Below, piece after piece: positions 59,793 through 64,000 of a DNA stretch of 64,000 nucleotides. Source of the stretch: Dehalococcoidia bacterium (GTDB lineage Bacteria > Chloroflexota > Dehalococcoidia > Plut-88900); contig OZ240219.1 of NCBI GenBank assembly GCA_965197645.1, positions 288,001 to 352,000 on the forward strand, in the 5' to 3' direction. The translations under genes were made by a program, and so were the position numbers. The notes beneath the pieces were generated by a model, which was given only the letters and a program-made list of their open reading frames with translations, was not told where the DNA came from and did not search any database. Position 1 is the stretch's first letter, and every line of letters begins with the position of its first letter.

Positions 59793-60746
59793 ATGCCTCA
59801 GAAGAGCTTCTACGGCGGCCAGGCAATCATCGAAGGGGTGATGATCCGCGGCAAGGAGAACATCTCCATAGCCGTCCGCTGCCCGGACGAGCACATAGAC
59901 CTCCACGTAGAGCCTATTCGGAGCATCTTCGGCGGCCCCCTCCGGAAAATCCCCTTGATACGGGGGTTCCTCGTCCTGCTGGAGGTCCTCATCATCGGTA
60001 CCCGGGCATTGATCAGGTCGGCCAGGCTCTCGTTGGAAGAGGACCCGGACGAGTCCTACTCCCTGGTCCTTTGGGCCACGGTGGCCGCGGGCCTGGTCAT
60101 AGGCGTTGGCATATTCTTCGTATTCCCCGTGTTCGTTCAGGAGTGGCTCGACTCCTACGTAGAGTCATCGGTGCAGCTGAACCTCATCGAGGGCGGCTTG
60201 AGGCTGGGCCTGTTCCTGGGCTATCTGAGGCTTATAGGCTTCATGGGAGATGTGCGAAGGGTCTTCCAGTATCACGGCGCCGAGCACATGTCCATCCACG
60301 CCTATGAGCACGGCGAGAGCCTGGACACGGATTCGGTACGCAAATACACCACCCTCCATCCCAGATGCGGCACCGCTTTCCTCCTGGTGGTAGTGGTGGT
60401 GGCGATAGTCGTCTTCGTTCTGCTGGGGCACCCGCCGCTATGGCTTCGCATCGTATCTCGAATCGTCCTGCTGCCCGTCGTCGCAGGCATCGCCTACGAG
60501 ATCATCCGCTTCCACGGAGCCCACACTGACAACCGGATTCTGAAGGTACTGCTGTCTCCCGGCCTTGCCCTCCAGAAGCTTACCACTCGCCGGCCCGACG
60601 ACTCCCAGATAGAGGTCGCCATAACGGCGCTGAATGGCGCCCTTGAGGCCGATGGCGTAGCTCCCACCGCAACGCCTGAGCAGGGGGCCGTCGATTCGTC
60701 CAGCCCATCCTCGATAGGGGCCAAAGGCTCCAACCCCGCCGACTGA
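59793..60746 (+). CDS. DUF1385 membrane protein
   Basis: GGQAIIEGVMIR, FQYHGAEH, HPRCGT, LQKLTT. Confidence 0.92.
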   Translation: MPQKSFYGGQAIIEGVMIRGKENISIAVRCPDEHIDLHVEPIRSIFGGPLRKIPLIRGFLVLLEVLIIGTRALIRSARLSLEEDPDESYSLVLWATVAAGLVIGVGIFFVFPVFVQEWLDSYVESSVQLNLIEGGLRLGLFLGYLRLIGFMGDVRRVFQYHGAEHMSIHAYEHGESLDTDSVRKYTTLHPRCGTAFLLVVVVVAIVVFVLLGHPPLWLRIVSRIVLLPVVAGIAYEIIRFHGAHTDNRILKVLLSPGLALQKLTTRRPDDSQIEVAITALNGALEADGVAPTATPEQGAVDSSSPSSIGAKGSNPAD

Positions 60747-60897
60747 GTCCCGTTCCTACACGGGCCTCTCACGGTCAGGTTTGTAACTGAGTAGACATCC
60801 ATGGCCCCCGCAGCCGGCCAGCGAGCCTCCGATGTTAGTAGCAGGTTGAATAACCGGACCCTGAGCGATCGTTAAGTGACGAGCGCCCCCCTGGACT
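60746..60897 (-). ncRNA. Candidate 6S RNA (rod-shaped ncRNA)
   Basis: Nested pairings AGTCC/GGACT, TCAC/GTGA, GTCCGGTT/AACCTGAC, ACATC/GATGT with internal loops; a G-U pair favours the minus strand. Confidence 0.5.
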
Positions 60898-60947
60898 GAT
60901 TCACCGGACGATTCTTCCCAGTTCCGGGCCGTTGGCACGACGGCCTG

Positions 60948-61562
60948 CTAACGTCTGCGGGACCTCAGCTCCTCCCAAACGTCCTCGGGGGTGAGGTCGC
61001 AGGCGGCCAGCAGTACCATGGTGTGAAACCAGAGATCGGCAATCTCTCGTGTGGTCTGTTCCGCGTCGCCTTCCACCGCGGCTATGGCCGATTCCCCCGC
61101 CTCCTCGATGACCTTCTTTCCCACCCGGCCGGGACCCTCGGACAGGAGCTTGGCCACGTAGCTGTCCTCCGGTTTCTCCGCCTTTCGCTGCTGGATTATC
61201 TGAAATAGCTCGTCCAAGACGGGCGATGCCTTTCTCTCGAAGTCCACCTGGTCCTCGGCGGGCATAGACCGGAAGAAGCAGCTCTCCTCCCCGGTGTGAC
61301 AGGCGGGGCCCAAGGGATCGGCCCTGATCAGTATGGTATCGCCATCACAGTCAATGGACAGACTCTTGACGTTGAGGTAGTTGCCCGACGTCGCCCCCTT
61401 GTGCCACAGCTCCTGCCGGCTCCTGCTGTAGAACCACGCCTGCCCCGTTTCGATGGTCTTTCCGATCGACTCTTGGTTCATATACGCCAGCATGAGGACC
61501 CTTCCCGTAGCATCGTCCTGAACTATGGCCGGCACCAGACCCTTCTCATCCAGCTTGATCAT
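60948..61562 (-). CDS. hisIE: Bifunctional phosphoribosyl-AMP cyclohydrolase / phosphoribosyl-ATP pyrophosphatase
   Basis: [33 protein letters not shown]. Confidence 0.96.
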   Translation of the reverse strand: MIKLDEKGLVPAIVQDDATGRVLMLAYMNQESIGKTIETGQAWFYSRSRQELWHKGATSGNYLNVKSLSIDCDGDTILIRADPLGPACHTGEESCFFRSMPAEDQVDFERKASPVLDELFQIIQQRKAEKPEDSYVAKLLSEGPGRVGKKVIEEAGESAIAAVEGDAEQTTREIADLWFHTMVLLAACDLTPEDVWEELRSRRR

Positions 61563-62358
61563 CTACTGCCTCTCTCGTCGCGACCCGCCGTACGGGAACG
61601 CCGCGCTTCTCCAGATAGTCTTTGGTATCCGATATCGTGTAGGTACCGTAGTGGAAGATGCTGGCGGCCAGGGCCGCGTCGGCCCTACCCTCGACCAGCG
61701 CTCGGCACATATGCTCGGGAGTCCCGGCGCCTCCGCTGGCCACCACCGGCACCGTTACCGAATCCGCCAGCGCCTGCAACAGCTCCAGATCGTAGCCCTC
61801 TCTAGTGCCGTCGGCATCGATGCTGTTGGCCACTATCTCCCCCGCACCAAGCTCCTGCGCCATGAGGGACCACTCAATGGCGTCCAGGCTGGTCTGCTTA
61901 CCTCCGCCTTTCCCCGTCCGTATGCGCACTTCCCACTGCAACGGATCGCTGCCCGGTATCCTCAACGCGTCCAGCCCGAGAACGATGCACTGGCTCCCAA
62001 ACTGCTCAGCACCTTGCTTGATAAGATCAGGATTTTCCACAGCGGCCGTGTTTATGGACACCTTGTCGGACCCAGCCTGCAGCATCTGGTTCATATCGTC
62101 GATGGTCCGCAGCCCGCCGCCAACGGTCAGAGGAATGAAGACCCGCTCCGCCACCCGGGAGACCACGTCGAGCATTATGGCCCGGCCGTCGGAGGAGGCC
62201 GTAATATCGTAGAAGACCAGCTCGTCGCACCCCTGCCGGTCGTATTCGCCGGCGAGCTCAACGGGGTCGCCCGCGTCCCGATGGTCGAGGAACTTCACCC
62301 CCTTGACCACCCTGCCGCCTTTGACGTCCAGGCAGGGGATTATCCGTTTAGTAAGCAC
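61546..62358 (-). CDS. hisF: Imidazole glycerol phosphate synthase cyclase subunit
   Basis: [38 protein letters not shown]. Confidence 0.97.
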   Translation of the reverse strand: MLTKRIIPCLDVKGGRVVKGVKFLDHRDAGDPVELAGEYDRQGCDELVFYDITASSDGRAIMLDVVSRVAERVFIPLTVGGGLRTIDDMNQMLQAGSDKVSINTAAVENPDLIKQGAEQFGSQCIVLGLDALRIPGSDPLQWEVRIRTGKGGGKQTSLDAIEWSLMAQELGAGEIVANSIDADGTREGYDLELLQALADSVTVPVVASGGAGTPEHMCRALVEGRADAALAASIFHYGTYTISDTKDYLEKRGVPVRRVATREAVDDQAG

Positions 62359-62414
62359 GGGTTCACGTTTCCTATCAAGGTTTCAACGCAACAACTATTG
62401 GCAGCCATCTCTCC

Positions 62415-63131
62415 TCAGCTTGCCGCGATGTCGACCGCCTCCGGCAGGGCGATGTCTCCATCGAACAGCGCCTTGCCGACAATGGCTCCCTCGACCCCGA
62501 TCTCCTTCAAGCGTACCAGATGCTCAAGGGTCGATACTCCGCCGGAGGCGATCACTGCCCCGGAAGTCAGGGCCTGGAGCTGGGCAACCGCCTCGAAGTT
62601 GGGATGCGTGAGAGTGCCGTCCCGTGATACGTCAGTGTAGATGAACCTCTGCGCGCCCAGCTTCTCCATCCGGCTTACCAACTCAATGGCCGTAATGTCG
62701 GAATCACGGGTCCACCCGGCGGTCCTGACGTAGCCGTCCTTGGCATCGACCGCTATGATCACGGACTCCCGGTACCGGCTGCAGGCCTCCCGAACAAAAT
62801 CCTCGTCCTCCACCGCGGCCGTCCCCAGTATCACCCTCTGGACTCCCGCCTCTAGATATCGCTCAAGGGTTTCCATATCCCTGACTCCACCTCCCAACTG
62901 CAGCGGAACGGTGACCTCCGCGGAGACACTTTCGACGATGGACACGACCTGCGGCGTGCCTGATACGGCGGCTTCCAGATCGACTATGTGAATCCGGGGA
63001 GCGCCCTCCCTTTGCCACCTCTGGGCCACCCCCACAGGGTCATCCGAGTAGACCCGCTCTTTGCCGAAGTCGCCCTGGTACAGCCGGACGGCCCGGCCGT
63101 TCTTCAGGTCGATGCAGGGGATCACCTCCAT
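62415..63131 (-). CDS. hisA: ProFAR isomerase
   Basis: IPCIDL..G.AVRL.QG, QLGGGVR, TDVSRDGT, IASGGV. Confidence 0.96.
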   Translation of the reverse strand: MEVIPCIDLKNGRAVRLYQGDFGKERVYSDDPVGVAQRWQREGAPRIHIVDLEAAVSGTPQVVSIVESVSAEVTVPLQLGGGVRDMETLERYLEAGVQRVILGTAAVEDEDFVREACSRYRESVIIAVDAKDGYVRTAGWTRDSDITAIELVSRMEKLGAQRFIYTDVSRDGTLTHPNFEAVAQLQALTSGAVIASGGVSTLEHLVRLKEIGVEGAIVGKALFDGDIALPEAVDIAAS

Positions 63132-63754
63132 TGCCGGCCCCTGATCCAGTACTTGACGAAGTTATCATACAGATGCAGTCCCAAATCTCCGCTCTTCTCC
63201 GGGTGAAAGAGGGTGGCGACCAGATTATCTCGGGCCACGGCAGTGCAAAAGGTGGCGCCATACTCCGTCTCACCGATGGTTACCGATGGGTCGCTGGGGT
63301 TGGGATAGTAGCTGTGTACGAAGTAGAAGTTCGATTTATCGGGCACGCCCTCGAAAAGAGGGCAAGTCCCCTTCTGAATCACCTGGTTCCATCCCATGTG
63401 GGGCACCTTCAGGCCCTGGGGCAGCCGTTGTACCCGACCAGGCAACACGCCCAGGCACTCCTGGTCCCTCTCGTCCGAGAAATCGAACAGCACCTGCAGC
63501 CCCATACAGACCCCGAAGAACGGCCCTCCGTCTGCGATGTACTTGAGCAGGGGATCGATGAGGCCCCGAGATTGGAGGCCGTTCATGGTGGCCTCCGCGG
63601 CGCCCTGGCCCGGAAGCACCACCGCATCGGCGGCGCCTATGTCGTCGGCTGAACCGGACACAACCGCAGTGTGGCCCAATTTCTCGAAGGCCTTGGCCAC
63701 GCTCCGAAGATTGCTGGCCCCATAGTCCAGTACCAGGACTCTTACATTACTCAA
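63122..63754 (-). CDS. hisH: Imidazole glycerol phosphate synthase glutaminase subunit
   Basis: DYGASNL.SV, GVCMGLQ, VPHMGWN, YFVHSY, FHPEKS. Confidence 0.96.
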   Translation of the reverse strand: MSNVRVLVLDYGASNLRSVAKAFEKLGHTAVVSGSADDIGAADAVVLPGQGAAEATMNGLQSRGLIDPLLKYIADGGPFFGVCMGLQVLFDFSDERDQECLGVLPGRVQRLPQGLKVPHMGWNQVIQKGTCPLFEGVPDKSNFYFVHSYYPNPSDPSVTIGETEYGATFCTAVARDNLVATLFHPEKSGDLGLHLYDNFVKYWIRGRQWR

Positions 63755-63771
63755 CAGGCCCTTCTCTCCTG

Positions 63772-63999
63772 CTAACCGCCGGTGGCCAGGGAATGGCCGT
63801 CCAGGAAGTCCAACAGCAGGGACTGGACATCCTCGCCGTCGTCACCGAAGAGCAAAGCGGTCCCGTGAGCCGAGCCCGCGTAGATTTTCAGCTTCTTGTT
63901 TTCGCGGGCCAGCTCGTAGAGCCTGGCGGCGTGGATGGCTGCGCTCCTGTCTTCCTCGGATACGACGATCAGCATTGGCTCGTCCACTTCGCCTATCTC
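63772..63999 (-). CDS. C-terminal part of an alpha/beta hydrolase (truncated by window edge)
   Basis: P.LIVVSEED...GSAHG catalytic Asp/His-like segment. Confidence 0.6.
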   Translation of the reverse strand, partial: EIGEVDEPMLIVVSEEDRSAAIHAARLYELARENKKLKIYAGSAHGTALLFGDDGEDVQSLLLDFLDGHSLATGG

Positions 64000-64000
64000 C

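Overview
High-GC bacterial chromosome segment, most consistent with Chloroflexota / Dehalococcoidia (SAR202-like). This is inferred from the paralog-rich catabolic content (LLM, CaiB, SDR, amidohydrolases, VOC), DUF5666 surface protein and rplU-rpmA-rpmE-DUF1385 order. The left end holds glcDEF, an alanine-glyoxylate aminotransferase, a HAD phosphatase, a rhomboid, an 11-repeat ankyrin protein and an Ltp2/DUF35 module. A ~32.5 kb accessory-rich stretch lies between convergent tRNA-Ala(CGC) and tRNA-Pro(CGG). It contains pxpABC, comDE, GGT, a two-component/surface-protein cluster and three solitary candidate defence loci: a HEPN-like gene, a NYN gene, and a UDG-fold gene coupled to an unknown partner. 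The right part is housekeeping (thrB, lysC, cysteine synthase, nfeD/SPFH, gyrA, ribosomal proteins, hisHAF-IE). Non-coding signals include three MITE-like elements, a BIME-like palindrome cluster, a 6S-RNA-like rod and several apparently leaderless genes. The best candidate for a new system is the coupled UDG-like glycosylase plus unknown partner at 42251-43944. All calls are from motif reading by eye; no searches were run.
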